A stretch of 64,000 nt of DNA from a virus (IMGVR_UViG_3300022752_000027:1-64000), one strand, 5' to 3'; counted from the first letter of the stretch, positions 19,105-30,370 are shown. A program made the numbers and translations. Notes: generated by a model from the letters alone, not told the origin.

Positions 19105-19689
19105 ATGCGTAACTTTAGAAAACCAGATTTATCGGCGCCTAGATATAGAATCAAAAGAAAAAATCTTATAACTGATGAGTTTATGACTGACTTTTATAAC
19201 AGGCACCCCGAACTCAATCAGTATAAAAAAAGTGATATAAAAGAAATAGTAAAAAACTTTAATCAACTTTTATGGGAAGAGATAATTGAGAATAGGGACG
19301 GGGTTGAATTACCAGAAGGACTGGGATATATTTTTATAGGTGCCTGTCCACATGTTAAAAAAGATAACATAGATTATGGTAAATCAATTAAGTACGGTAT
19401 GACGGTTACTCATAAAAACTATGATACGGATGGATACCTTGGAAAAATATTCTATAGTAACTATAGTGCAAAATATAAACTAAGGGACAGAAGCATATGG
19501 GCATTTAATGGAGGAAGATATTTTAAAAGAGCAGTAACAAAATCTTTTAGGGACGACTGGAGAAAATATCTAGTAATAGATAATACAACTAAAGTATCAA
19601 AAATGTATAAAAAGATGAGGCAAAAGGATTATTTTGATACTATACGAGAAAAGCAATTCAACGAGTATAACGAATTTGATATAGACTAA
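19105..19689 (+). CDS. IHF/HU-like protein of the crAss tail module
   Basis: IKEIVKNFNQLLWEEII...GVELPEGLGYIFI resembles the HU/IHF helix-plus-GFG strand; lies just before the ring genes. Confidence 0.6.
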   Translation: MRNFRKPDLSAPRYRIKRKNLITDEFMTDFYNRHPELNQYKKSDIKEIVKNFNQLLWEEIIENRDGVELPEGLGYIFIGACPHVKKDNIDYGKSIKYGMTVTHKNYDTDGYLGKIFYSNYSAKYKLRDRSIWAFNGGRYFKRAVTKSFRDDWRKYLVIDNTTKVSKMYKKMRQKDYFDTIREKQFNEYNEFDID

Positions 19690-20354
19690 TGACTACAATT
19701 GGAGAAGCCATATCAAGAGTAAGGAATGTAATAAAAGCCGCAACCACGGATTCTTTTGTTACAGATAGAGTAATCTACAGCCTTATTCAAAAATACGCAA
19801 AAATGTTTATTAAACGTGAAAGCACTATCAGTAGCCGTGCACGTTTTGGTAGTCTATTTAAAAGACTTCCATGTATACCTTTAATTGAGGTAGATAAGAT
19901 TGAAGCATGCTGTGATATAAAATCAGGATGTACAATAATGCGCACTAAAGATAAACTTCCTGGTATTCTTGAAGGTCCGCAAGGAGTATTGTTAAGATCA
20001 GTAAGTTCTGTAGATAATTCCACCGAAGTTTATAGGACTACTCCAGCATTGTATAGCGGTATGACAAAGACATCTGCTTTTAAATACAATAAGAATAAGT
20101 ATTACTGGTATATGAATGGCTATATTTATATACCAGGTATCGAATGGGATGCAATATCTATAGAAGGGATATTTGATTCTGATTTATCAGGATACACCTG
20201 TGATGATCCTTGTATGCAACTCCAAGATCAGCCTATTAATATTCCACCTGAATTATTTGCAGAAATTGAACAGCAAGTTGTAAATGACTTTATGAAGTCA
20301 GCACAGCTTCCGCAGGATACATTTATTTCTGATAAACAAAGCATTCTTAGATAA
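19689..20354 (+). CDS. Tail ring/tubular protein
   Basis: 221 aa; position and motifs (YYWYMNGYIY, IPPEL..IEQQV). Confidence 0.6.
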   Translation: MTTIGEAISRVRNVIKAATTDSFVTDRVIYSLIQKYAKMFIKRESTISSRARFGSLFKRLPCIPLIEVDKIEACCDIKSGCTIMRTKDKLPGILEGPQGVLLRSVSSVDNSTEVYRTTPALYSGMTKTSAFKYNKNKYYWYMNGYIYIPGIEWDAISIEGIFDSDLSGYTCDDPCMQLQDQPINIPPELFAEIEQQVVNDFMKSAQLPQDTFISDKQSILR

Positions 20355-21259
20355 TGAACTACAACTATACTCTAAAATATAGAACTTTTGAATCTTTACT
20401 TGAAGATGTCAAATTAGATTTACGTAGCCTAGCTACAGATGGAACTATTGATCCATCTCAGTTGCTTAAAGTAGCAATTCGCGTAAACTACGATTTAGGT
20501 CTAAGAGTTTACATGACAAAGGAAAGACTTCTTGAAGTATGCAAGAACCGTGTTAAGCTACCTGATGATTTCTTTGTAATGAACTTTGCATTGGTTTGTG
20601 GTGAGGCAACATATACATTTACTCCACCACAAGGAACTAATGTTCAGCAGGTTACGCCTGAATGGAGGCCTTGGGTAGAACAAAATTATTGCAGTAATGT
20701 ATCTCTTCCAGAGCAGCCGGTATGTTTAACGCAATGTGGTTCAAGTTATCAGTTAATACAAGTTGTAAATACAGAAACAAGAACCTATTCGCATTTTATG
20801 CCAATTAGATTTAAGAATTCTCAATACGTTGATTGTGATTGCCCTAACTTAAATTATTTGGCAAAAGATGAGGCATATATAAAAGATGGCTGGATCTATA
20901 CAAATTTTGAAGACGGTAACTTATACGTAAACTATCAGGGTACTCTGGAGGATTCTGAAGGTAACCTTATGGTTCCTGATCATCCTTATCTTAATGAGTA
21001 TTATGAATATGCTCTTAAGAAAAGAATACTAGAGAATCTTTTAATGGATGGCACTAATGTAACTGCCCAGTTACAACTTGTTTCACAAGAGTATAGAGCT
21101 GCTAGAAATAATGCTTTGTCTGTAGTAAATACACCTAATTTCTCTGAGATGGAGAAACTCTGGGCTGCTAACAGAAAGGCAATGTATGGAAAGTACTATG
21201 ACATGTTCAAGTCTTATCCGTACCCAACATCAAACTTGAGAGTAAATAATGCTGTGTAA
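20354..21259 (+). CDS. Tail ring/tubular protein (P22 gp4-like position)
   Basis: VKLPDDF, YTNFEDG.LYVNY, VPDHP...EY.EYAL; immediately precedes the stabilisation protein. Confidence 0.65.
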   Translation: MNYNYTLKYRTFESLLEDVKLDLRSLATDGTIDPSQLLKVAIRVNYDLGLRVYMTKERLLEVCKNRVKLPDDFFVMNFALVCGEATYTFTPPQGTNVQQVTPEWRPWVEQNYCSNVSLPEQPVCLTQCGSSYQLIQVVNTETRTYSHFMPIRFKNSQYVDCDCPNLNYLAKDEAYIKDGWIYTNFEDGNLYVNYQGTLEDSEGNLMVPDHPYLNEYYEYALKKRILENLLMDGTNVTAQLQLVSQEYRAARNNALSVVNTPNFSEMEKLWAANRKAMYGKYYDMFKSYPYPTSNLRVNNAV

Positions 21260-21261
21260 TA

Positions 21262-24200
21262 ATGGCTAAGGAAAAACAAAATAACCCCACAGGACAAACC
21301 TCTTTATCTACAACTAATTCCTTTAATAAAGGAATGGTTAAAGATATGTCTGAATCATTTATGCCTGAAGGTACATGGTATCATGCAAGAAATCTTGTTA
21401 CCAATTCAAATCAGGGTGATTTAGGTGTTGTAGGAAATGAACCTTCAAATATTCAATGTGTAAGTATTAGTTACACGTTCATTGGTGCTATTCCAATTAT
21501 AGATGATTACTGGGCTATTTTTAGTACCGATGACTCAATGTCGGAAATAGGTTTATTTAAAGAACAATCATGTGAATACTATATTATTAGTAGGGATGCA
21601 CAATGGAACTTTAAAAGGTCTAATATCATTATTGGTGTATCTAAAAAAAATTTTGATTGTTCCTTTCAACTCTATTGGGCAGATGGATTAAATCCTGACA
21701 GGACTTTAAATATAGGTGATATTACACTTGGATCATACCCTAACGTATTAACTCAAAACCCTTGGCCGGGTGTTCCATATATCTGTACAGATACATTAGC
21801 TGGACCATGTGAAAACTGTGAACCTAATAAACCGCTTGTTCTTGCTGTTGAAAGAACAAGGTTAGCAGCACTAATGAAAATACCATGTGTAACTATTCAA
21901 AAAGGATACAGTGGTGGCCAGTTACCAAACGGATCTTATTATGCAACAATCGCCTATAGCGTTAACCAACAAAGGGTTACTGACTATTTTAACCCTTCTC
22001 AAGTTCAGCCTCTTTTTAGCCATGAGAATCTTCAAGGCGCTCTTGATATTAATTTTAGTAACCTTGATACAGACAACTTTAATGAGTTTCAGTTAGTTAT
22101 TGTAGCTACGGTTAATCAACAAACCGTTGCTAGAATCATAGGGTACTATAATACCCAAACTAATGCGGTATCAATAGATTTTATAAATCCTGAACTAGAA
22201 TCTGTACCTATTCAATATATACCCCTAAGATCACCTGCCTACGAAAAATCAGAAAGTGTCTATTCAGTAAATAATTACATGATTAGAACGGCACCAACTG
22301 GTAGGTTTGATTTTAACTATCAGCCGCTTGCTAATCAAATAGAAACTAACTGGGTACTTACAGAGTATCCAGTAGATTATTATGAAAAAGGTGGCAATGA
22401 AACAGGATACATGCGTGATGAACAATACTGTTTCTGGATCAGGTGGGTTTATAATACAGGTGAAAGATCAAGTTCGTATCATATTCCAGGTCGCAAAGCA
22501 TTTACTTGGGAACATGATACATATGGTATTGGAAGTCCCGACAATATTGAGTATCAACAAGATAATACATATACTCCTGAAACATGGGAAGTTGTTAATA
22601 CAGCATATGCAACTACTCCAATAAGTATGTTGCCTCCAGCAACTGCACCACTTATTTCAGGCTTAGTAATCGCTAAGGGTAAGATGGGTTATTGGCAGTC
22701 AACAGAAACATATCCTGCTGATAAGCCAGATGTATGGAATGCTACTCAATATGTATGGGCTGGTACAACTAATACAGATTATAATTTGTGTGGTTTACCA
22801 ATTAGGCACCATAAAATGCCATCTGATTTTTTGTATTCTAGTGGTTCTTCTATTGTTAATCCAGCAGCTAGTCTTAACTATAGTCATGTAAGAGTAAATC
22901 CTTTTATAGGTAATCTTGAGTCAAAACCTGTTGCAATTAGATTATTAGGTGTTGAATTTGAAAACATCAAAGCACCTGTAGATAATGAAGGTAATATAAT
23001 ACCTGGTATTGTGGGATATGAAATCCTTAGAAGTAACAGACAGGGTAATAGAACTATTATTGCTAAGGGTATAATTAACAACATGCGTTCCTACAGAGAA
23101 AATACTGGAGGAAACTTTCCTAATTCATCAGCAAGTGAAATACTATATCCTAATTATGTAGGTAATTATCTTGGACCAGACTTTACCCTATCAAACTATA
23201 TGGGTGATGATAGATTACCTAAAAATGTTTATAGTGATTATCTACGTGATTATAAAACAGACTTTTTTACATTCCATTCTCCCGATACTACATTTCAAAA
23301 TCCGTTTCTTTCTGGAACTGAATTAAAACTATATGGTGAACTTGGTCATCCATATAACATGCGTGGTGAATTTGAACCAGTACCAGGACATCCAAAAGAA
23401 AAACTTATTACTAATGTTGCCTTCATAGTATCCGTAGTTCTGGCTATAGGACATGCCGCTAAAGCATTAAGAGGTGATCAATCAAGGACAATTCGTTCTG
23501 GTAGTTTATTTAATGCTGGTGTTTCAATGGCAGGTACTTCAACGGGAACATCTATTGGTAATATTCCAGGAGCAGCAGAAAATGCGCTTGCTAATGCTTT
23601 TTATATAAATGGTCTTAATCCTTTATTACCCGGTTTTAGTACCATAACCAATCTAGCCTCTAATTTAATTGGTCAGGATGTTGCAATAGGGGCACTTCTT
23701 GCTGCCCATGGTGTTTTTAATGCTTCTGCAACAGTAGGTCTTGGTACTATTGGAGCAAGTGAAGATATTCAAATTCAACAATCTGATTTTCAGCATTTAC
23801 CAAATGCCGTGCAAAGTTTTGCTGGTGTTCCAACATTTGCATATTATTGGGCAACTAGAATAGATGCATTAGTTGAATTAATAAAAGCATTATTACCATA
23901 TAGAGATTATGTTTATAGGTCTGTATCGCATCTTGATTTATCTGTGGTAAGTCCCGGTAATGTAAAGATTGGAAATACACGAAGATGGATCAAAGATTCA
24001 ACGTATTTAGAAAATCAGTTTACAGTACTTGGTAATTTACAAGTTAATAATTTATATAGACCAAAAGCAGTTGGATTACAAGTAGGAAATATTGGATTTA
24101 GTAACCCTCAAGTTGTCGATAGCTCCGTACAGACTATTGGATCAGTTACTGGTGGTGATGGAAGTGTTGGATTTACCGGTGCCATAAATTATGGAATAAA

Positions 24201-26460
24201 ATGGAGAAAGCCAAGTGATGGATTTTTTAGAGCAACGGCATCATGTTATTATGCTGGAATAAAAGTAAGATACCGTAATCAGTACGGACAAATCGAATCA
24301 CCAAAACAGATTCCAACAGGCTGTGTATTTACAGCACTACCAGGTGGACAAGAAATAACAAATGCATATGTTAATTCAACAAATCCAAACGGTAACATAT
24401 CTCTTGTAGTAGTAAACAAAACGCCAGTTATATTAGGTGGTGATGTATATATTGGTAGATATACTGAAAAAAATACATTCTTCTATTTTTATGATTGGTT
24501 GTATAAAGTTGTGAATGGTACTGAATTAGATTATACATTCAAGTACATGATCAATACTCCAAGATTTTATGCAGATTTTACTAAATATGATATATCAGAT
24601 TTCTTTGAAGGAATTGGAAATTCTCTTGCCTCATTAGTTTCAGAGAATGACGCAACAACAATGGCATCTGCCTTACCAAATAATAAATTTAATTTAGATA
24701 CAAACAGTTTAATATATATTGCAGGATATCCATCCTTTACCCTAAGCTTAAGATTTGGAGTAAATAACTCCTACATGTATTTGTTTCAATCTGGTATTAG
24801 AGAATTTTTTGTTGAATCTGAGTATAATGTAGATCATAGAGATTGGGGAGAACTGCCGGTAGAAAAAATATATGACCCATACGGTTATGCAAATCTTAAT
24901 GATTTGTTTGATACTGAAATTATTAAAGCTGACAATTATTATAAGTATGATATTTCTCTTGGTCTTTCTAAGGTTTACAATAGTTATATATCTTGGGGAA
25001 ATTCTCAAGACAGATCATACAATCCATTTGTAGCAGAAACCTGTTATACCTATTTCCCTAATAGGGTAATATACTCATTACCAGCAGATAAAGAAGATAA
25101 GAAAGATTACTGGAGAGTATTTTTAGTAAATAACTATAATGACTTTATTGATAAGGTAACTGCATTTAAATCGATTAATAAAAACGGAGCAATAATACTT
25201 TTTGAGAATAGCACTCCATTATTATTTAATGCGGTAGATCAGTTACAAACTGTTGCTGGTACAAAAATTACAATCGGAGATGGAGGTTTATTTAGCCAAC
25301 CATTACAGACATTAAATAATGCTGATATTGAATTCCAGCACGGAGCATGTCAAGACAGACTTAGTGTAATCAATACTCCAGCAGGTATTTACTGGATGAG
25401 TGCATCACAAGGTAAGGTCTTTACTGTAGCTGATGGTATGATGGCCATATCAGATATGGGACTTAAATGGTGGTTCTCTAAATACTTGAAGTTCTTTATA
25501 TTAGAACAGTTTCCTAATTTTGATATTACCGCAAATCCTGTATTTGGTGTTGGTTGTCAAAGTGTATATGACAATGATAATGGCCTTTTATATTTCTGTA
25601 AGAAAGATTATCGACTTAAGCCAGAGTATCTGCCTGGATCAACTTATATAGGATCTGGAGAATTTAGTATACGTAATGGTGGCGTTTCTGTAAAAGTTAA
25701 GTTCAGAGACCCTCAATATTTTGAGGATGTATCTTGGACAATAAGCTTTGATACTAAAACTAAAGTTTGGTTGTCTTTTCATGATTGGCATCCTGAATAT
25801 GCATTATCAAGTATTAAAGGCTTTAATACAACACAAACTAGTGGAGTTGCAAGTTCAATCTGGAAACATGGAAACTTTACAAATAGTTTCTGCAAATTCT
25901 ATGGGGTAGACTATCCATTTACTATTGACTACGTATCATCTACAGGTCAAACAGTAAATACAACCCGTAGTGTAGAATACCTTCTTGAATCGTATGTTTA
26001 CGATACAGACGGCATTGACAGATTCCAAATCTTGGATTACAACTTTGATGAAGCTATTATATACAATACTGAGCAGACTTCTGGTTTACTTAATCTTAAA
26101 CCGACACCTAAAAACAATGCACCTCTAATAGTTAATTACCCTATTGTAAATCCATCTAGCATAGACATCCTTTATTCTAAGGAAGAGCAAAAAATTAGAT
26201 TCAATCAGTTCTGGGATATAACTAACAACAGAGGTGAATTCTTTGCCGGTGTTTTAGTACAGCAACCTATCTGGAATACAGAACTTAATGGTTATGTTAG
26301 GGTTCTTAATCCTGCAAACCTAAATTATGCAAAACCTGCATTTGAACGTAAGAAGTTTAGACATTATCTAAACCATCTGGTACTTACTAAAAAGATATCA
26401 AACAACGTAAAGATGCTATTAAAGATCGTTAATAATAAGCTTTTAAATTCTCCAAGATAA
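21262..26460 (+). CDS. Tail stabilisation / muzzle protein (P22 gp10-like)
   Basis: 1732 aa; F.KGM.KD start, LYWADGLNPDR, GYMRDE.Y, GGDVYIGRY, WTISF....WLSFHDWHP. Confidence 0.8.
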   Translation: MAKEKQNNPTGQTSLSTTNSFNKGMVKDMSESFMPEGTWYHARNLVTNSNQGDLGVVGNEPSNIQCVSISYTFIGAIPIIDDYWAIFSTDDSMSEIGLFKEQSCEYYIISRDAQWNFKRSNIIIGVSKKNFDCSFQLYWADGLNPDRTLNIGDITLGSYPNVLTQNPWPGVPYICTDTLAGPCENCEPNKPLVLAVERTRLAALMKIPCVTIQKGYSGGQLPNGSYYATIAYSVNQQRVTDYFNPSQVQPLFSHENLQGALDINFSNLDTDNFNEFQLVIVATVNQQTVARIIGYYNTQTNAVSIDFINPELESVPIQYIPLRSPAYEKSESVYSVNNYMIRTAPTGRFDFNYQPLANQIETNWVLTEYPVDYYEKGGNETGYMRDEQYCFWIRWVYNTGERSSSYHIPGRKAFTWEHDTYGIGSPDNIEYQQDNTYTPETWEVVNTAYATTPISMLPPATAPLISGLVIAKGKMGYWQSTETYPADKPDVWNATQYVWAGTTNTDYNLCGLPIRHHKMPSDFLYSSGSSIVNPAASLNYSHVRVNPFIGNLESKPVAIRLLGVEFENIKAPVDNEGNIIPGIVGYEILRSNRQGNRTIIAKGIINNMRSYRENTGGNFPNSSASEILYPNYVGNYLGPDFTLSNYMGDDRLPKNVYSDYLRDYKTDFFTFHSPDTTFQNPFLSGTELKLYGELGHPYNMRGEFEPVPGHPKEKLITNVAFIVSVVLAIGHAAKALRGDQSRTIRSGSLFNAGVSMAGTSTGTSIGNIPGAAENALANAFYINGLNPLLPGFSTITNLASNLIGQDVAIGALLAAHGVFNASATVGLGTIGASEDIQIQQSDFQHLPNAVQSFAGVPTFAYYWATRIDALVELIKALLPYRDYVYRSVSHLDLSVVSPGNVKIGNTRRWIKDSTYLENQFTVLGNLQVNNLYRPKAVGLQVGNIGFSNPQVVDSSVQTIGSVTGGDGSVGFTGAINYGIKWRKPSDGFFRATASCYYAGIKVRYRNQYGQIESPKQIPTGCVFTALPGGQEITNAYVNSTNPNGNISLVVVNKTPVILGGDVYIGRYTEKNTFFYFYDWLYKVVNGTELDYTFKYMINTPRFYADFTKYDISDFFEGIGNSLASLVSENDATTMASALPNNKFNLDTNSLIYIAGYPSFTLSLRFGVNNSYMYLFQSGIREFFVESEYNVDHRDWGELPVEKIYDPYGYANLNDLFDTEIIKADNYYKYDISLGLSKVYNSYISWGNSQDRSYNPFVAETCYTYFPNRVIYSLPADKEDKKDYWRVFLVNNYNDFIDKVTAFKSINKNGAIILFENSTPLLFNAVDQLQTVAGTKITIGDGGLFSQPLQTLNNADIEFQHGACQDRLSVINTPAGIYWMSASQGKVFTVADGMMAISDMGLKWWFSKYLKFFILEQFPNFDITANPVFGVGCQSVYDNDNGLLYFCKKDYRLKPEYLPGSTYIGSGEFSIRNGGVSVKVKFRDPQYFEDVSWTISFDTKTKVWLSFHDWHPEYALSSIKGFNTTQTSGVASSIWKHGNFTNSFCKFYGVDYPFTIDYVSSTGQTVNTTRSVEYLLESYVYDTDGIDRFQILDYNFDEAIIYNTEQTSGLLNLKPTPKNNAPLIVNYPIVNPSSIDILYSKEEQKIRFNQFWDITNNRGEFFAGVLVQQPIWNTELNGYVRVLNPANLNYAKPAFERKKFRHYLNHLVLTKKISNNVKMLLKIVNNKLLNSPR

Positions 26461-28148
26461 TGGCAAAGTTTAAAGTAAGCAAGTACGGACAATGGAAGTA
26501 TCCGGGACAGCCTACTGCAGTTCCAACAGAAGATGGTAGAATAACAATGGAAGGAGTGCCGTATCCTGTAATGGGATATGTACCAGGTCAACCTCCAATC
26601 ATAATGCAGCCTGGAAGTAACTATCAATTTCCAGGAAAAATGGTATATGAAATACCAATGGCTTATGGAGGAGATATATCTATACCAGATCTATCTAGAC
26701 CTAATTGGCTAGATAAAGCTCAGAAAGGTCAGCAGGTAAAATACTATGATGATCCATTACAGTTTAAACAAGCTAATAAAGCATATGAGGATAGTCTAAG
26801 TTTATATAATCAATATCCAGTACCATCATGGATGGTTAACCATAAAAGTGTACCCTGGCAAGAAATACAAAATGAATTTATTAGAAATAGAGATCCAGGT
26901 TATCTCAACTATTTTGGCGCAGTATTAAATGATAAACTAGCACTAGATCAAAAATCAAAAACTAAAATTGCACCTGTTGGTATAGCCCCGCTAACTGCAG
27001 ATACAGAAACATCAGATACCTCATATAATTACGTTTATAAAAAACCAACTCAGAAACCGGTATATAAAGAAAAGCCCAAAGTAGAATCCATACCATATAG
27101 AGAAGCTAGACTTGAAATGTCAGATACAGGTCTTATGCCTATGACATATATGCCTCCAAGTAATACAGCAGCTGTATTATCTAAAATCAAAGAGGAAGAC
27201 ATGTATAAACAAGCGCCTAAAGTAATTCCTGCACCTAACTTTAGGCATGGTGGTTGGCTAGATACATATCAAGATGGTAGTCAAGTAGCTGCTAATCTTC
27301 CCTGGATAAATCAACAAGGTCAATATCAAGATCCAAATGGTGTAGGACCTACTGTGCAAAAAGCTGCACAAGCTAAAGAAGAAAAACTTAAGCAGGCAGT
27401 ACGAAATAGTCAATCTATGCAGTTACCATCAGGAGCAATAACTCCTGTAATGGGTCCTGTAGAATATGCATTGATGGCACCTGTTGCTGGAGCATCTGCT
27501 ATGAAAGCAGCACCTATTATTGGATCAGCTTTAAATGCACCAATTGCAGGAGTATCTGGAGCAACTATAGGTAATGCTTTAGGTGCTTTAGGGGCAACAG
27601 ATGCGGTAGTAAATAGATTACCAGAGATTCCAGGACAACTAAGCAGAGGGGAATATATGGATGCTGCAGTTAATGCAGCTACAGGAGCACTAGATTTATA
27701 TGGTGCTAATATGGTTAGTCCATTATTTAAAGGCCCCACAAAAGGTATCACAAATACATACAATCCTTCCGAAGATGATATCATTAGAGGTTTGCTGAGA
27801 AACGCAAATCGTAATGAAATAGAAAGAATGAATAGGGTAAAACCAGTGGACGTAAGTTTATCTCAATACCCATATCTAAAATCAGGTCCTACTCTTAGCA
27901 AACATGATGAACTTGTTATGGATAGTTATACCAGCGGTAGATGGCCTAATGAACCAGGGTTTTGGAGATGGTATAATAAAAAAGAGCATGGACTAGATTA
28001 TGATAGGCCAATTACTAAATTTTATGATCCAGCCATTCCGAAAGAAAAAGATGGAGGATGGTTAGATAACTATCAAGATTATAACTATATTAAGTATAAA
28101 GACTTATCTTTGTCAAAAGGCACAGGCTGGTTGGATAATTACAAATAA
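26460..28148 (+). CDS. Putative internal/ejected cargo protein
   Basis: 562 aa, Cys-free; repeated WLD and xxGG motifs; Gly/Ala hydrophobic segment. Confidence 0.6.
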   Translation: MAKFKVSKYGQWKYPGQPTAVPTEDGRITMEGVPYPVMGYVPGQPPIIMQPGSNYQFPGKMVYEIPMAYGGDISIPDLSRPNWLDKAQKGQQVKYYDDPLQFKQANKAYEDSLSLYNQYPVPSWMVNHKSVPWQEIQNEFIRNRDPGYLNYFGAVLNDKLALDQKSKTKIAPVGIAPLTADTETSDTSYNYVYKKPTQKPVYKEKPKVESIPYREARLEMSDTGLMPMTYMPPSNTAAVLSKIKEEDMYKQAPKVIPAPNFRHGGWLDTYQDGSQVAANLPWINQQGQYQDPNGVGPTVQKAAQAKEEKLKQAVRNSQSMQLPSGAITPVMGPVEYALMAPVAGASAMKAAPIIGSALNAPIAGVSGATIGNALGALGATDAVVNRLPEIPGQLSRGEYMDAAVNAATGALDLYGANMVSPLFKGPTKGITNTYNPSEDDIIRGLLRNANRNEIERMNRVKPVDVSLSQYPYLKSGPTLSKHDELVMDSYTSGRWPNEPGFWRWYNKKEHGLDYDRPITKFYDPAIPKEKDGGWLDNYQDYNYIKYKDLSLSKGTGWLDNYK

Positions 28149-28153
28149 ATTTC

Positions 28154-30370
28154 ATGAAAAAAGAAATTCTAAAACTTACAGGTCTTACTGAGGATCAATT
28201 CTATAGAATGTACCCTACAGAAGAAGCATTTAAAAAAGCTTACCCTAATTATAAAATGGGTGGTACTCCTGAAGCATTTCCTCAGATAGCAACTGCAGAT
28301 AACTTCTTTAGTTATGGAGTTCCTGTACCTCCTACTATTCATGCATATGGAGGACCTGTATATCCACAGATCCAGACTGAGGCACAGTTCTTTAGCCCTG
28401 TTTATAGTAATAGTAATAATGCATATGCCGTAGGTGGTAGTTACATGGAAGCATATCCTCAAGCTAAAACATATCCACAAGGTCCAGTAGGTGGTTCTGC
28501 ATTTTATACTATGCAGGACGGTGGTCAAGGTATGCCTGAACCACAGAAAGACCAGACCTTCTATACGCAAAAGATGAATGACTTCTTTGATAAATTGCGT
28601 CAGTCGGCCTATAAAAATATACAGAATGGTATTATGAATAGTGAACCAGATACTACCTCAGCAACCCCAGAACTTAGTATGGGTAGAAGAGGTGGTATGC
28701 TTTCATATCAAAGTAATACATCAACTGGTCAAACAACAACACCAACTGCAACACCTAATTATCAAACAGTTACAACTGCAGATGGGCAGACGTTTCTTGT
28801 AGGACCTAATAATCAGCTGTATTCTCCATTTAAGGGTAATCAAACTGCTGCAACAACAAATCAAAATGCTGTAAACTATTATCCATATATGAATAATGGT
28901 AGATATATCGGTACTGGTCTTGATGCTGTTGCTAATTACTTAATTCCAAATAATCAAAGAGAAAGATATAGAAACATTAGGGAGCAAAGAGGACTTGGTT
29001 TAGGTGATCTTACACCGTCTCAACTTGAGTCAATAAAATCTGGTGCTGCTAATGTTGCGGATATTAATTTAGATTATAGGCGTACTCTTTTTCCCTGGTC
29101 AAAAAATAAACTTAAAAGTGTAAATATTAAGTTTAAAACTCCTGGACAAGCTGCTGATACACAAACAACCCAGGCACCATTATTAATGCCTAACCAAAAG
29201 TCTTTTGATCCAACTGTTAAAACACAACAGCCTACTACATCTCAACAGACAAGTACTACTTCAACAACTACTCCAGCGAGTAATCAAACTCAGCAAACTG
29301 CTACAACAGCAACTACATCAACAGCTGCTCCGACAAAACAGACTACTGCAGATGTAAATAAAGCTGTAGCTGCAATGCAGGAAGAAGCAAGAAGCAGAGG
29401 TATACAAAGTCCATTCTTCTATAATCCTGAATCTGATGAAGATCTTATGCCTGCTGATGAAAGAATGAGGGCACAGGAAGCTAAATCAGCTGTAGATGCT
29501 GAATTTAAAAATTACGAGAACTATAAGAAGTTTAGGGCTATTCAGGAAAGAATGGGAACTACTCCAGAAGAGTATGACTATACTAAAGTTTATGATTACC
29601 AGACTAAGGAAGCAACTAGACCAGGTGCAAAAGCTTCAACTCCTGCAGCAACAATGCAGTCAAGTAATACTAAAAAAAGTCAAGCACCATCTAATACAAA
29701 GTCTATGGATCCTAATGTAGCTAAAAAGAAAGCAGCTATGAAAAATCCTCCTGTTAATCAAGAATTTATTGATGCCATAAAAGGGGTACAAAATACTGCT
29801 CCCGCAGGTACTATGGATACTACTACTTGGCCTGGTATTTATTCTGCTCCTGGAACACAAAAGTATGATGGACCAGATCTCCCATTTAGAATGGGAGGAC
29901 CATACGCATTGCCAATGTATCAAGGTATGACTGGACCAAGTCAGGTACCATTTCAAGCACCTTGGCAAAGAACATTAGATCTTATTGACCAAGGTAATTA
30001 TAAACTAAATGAAAAGGGACAGTCACAATACGTTGGACCAGATGAGTTTGAAGTTGGTTATAATGTAGGTCGAACTAAGAAAAAAGATGTTAATCCATAT
30101 GGTTCTGCCATGATGCGTATGGCAGCTGGAGTTATAGATAACGTTAGAAATAGGAATGAGGCTAAAAACTATATGGAACAGTCGCTTGCTGCAGATCAAG
30201 TATTCGGACAGTTTGGTCAAGACCGTGGTGATTATACTATAAATACAGGTGCATTTAGACCTGATCAAATGATTCCAGTTGGACAAAATGGTGGTATGAT
30301 GATGTATGATGTTGCTGATTTATTTTTTCTAACTCCTCAGATGCTTAAAAAAACTAAGGGTAATAAGTAA
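28154..30370 (+). CDS. Putative cargo protein, low-complexity and probably disordered
   Basis: 738 aa, Cys-free; Thr/Gln-rich tract; many xxGG motifs. Confidence 0.6.
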   Translation: MKKEILKLTGLTEDQFYRMYPTEEAFKKAYPNYKMGGTPEAFPQIATADNFFSYGVPVPPTIHAYGGPVYPQIQTEAQFFSPVYSNSNNAYAVGGSYMEAYPQAKTYPQGPVGGSAFYTMQDGGQGMPEPQKDQTFYTQKMNDFFDKLRQSAYKNIQNGIMNSEPDTTSATPELSMGRRGGMLSYQSNTSTGQTTTPTATPNYQTVTTADGQTFLVGPNNQLYSPFKGNQTAATTNQNAVNYYPYMNNGRYIGTGLDAVANYLIPNNQRERYRNIREQRGLGLGDLTPSQLESIKSGAANVADINLDYRRTLFPWSKNKLKSVNIKFKTPGQAADTQTTQAPLLMPNQKSFDPTVKTQQPTTSQQTSTTSTTTPASNQTQQTATTATTSTAAPTKQTTADVNKAVAAMQEEARSRGIQSPFFYNPESDEDLMPADERMRAQEAKSAVDAEFKNYENYKKFRAIQERMGTTPEEYDYTKVYDYQTKEATRPGAKASTPAATMQSSNTKKSQAPSNTKSMDPNVAKKKAAMKNPPVNQEFIDAIKGVQNTAPAGTMDTTTWPGIYSAPGTQKYDGPDLPFRMGGPYALPMYQGMTGPSQVPFQAPWQRTLDLIDQGNYKLNEKGQSQYVGPDEFEVGYNVGRTKKKDVNPYGSAMMRMAAGVIDNVRNRNEAKNYMEQSLAADQVFGQFGQDRGDYTINTGAFRPDQMIPVGQNGGMMMYDVADLFFLTPQMLKKTKGNK

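Noticed and set aside
29215-29350. Thr/Gln-rich ACA/ACT-rich tract as a DNA repeat array
   Set aside because: Low-complexity coding linker without a fixed period.
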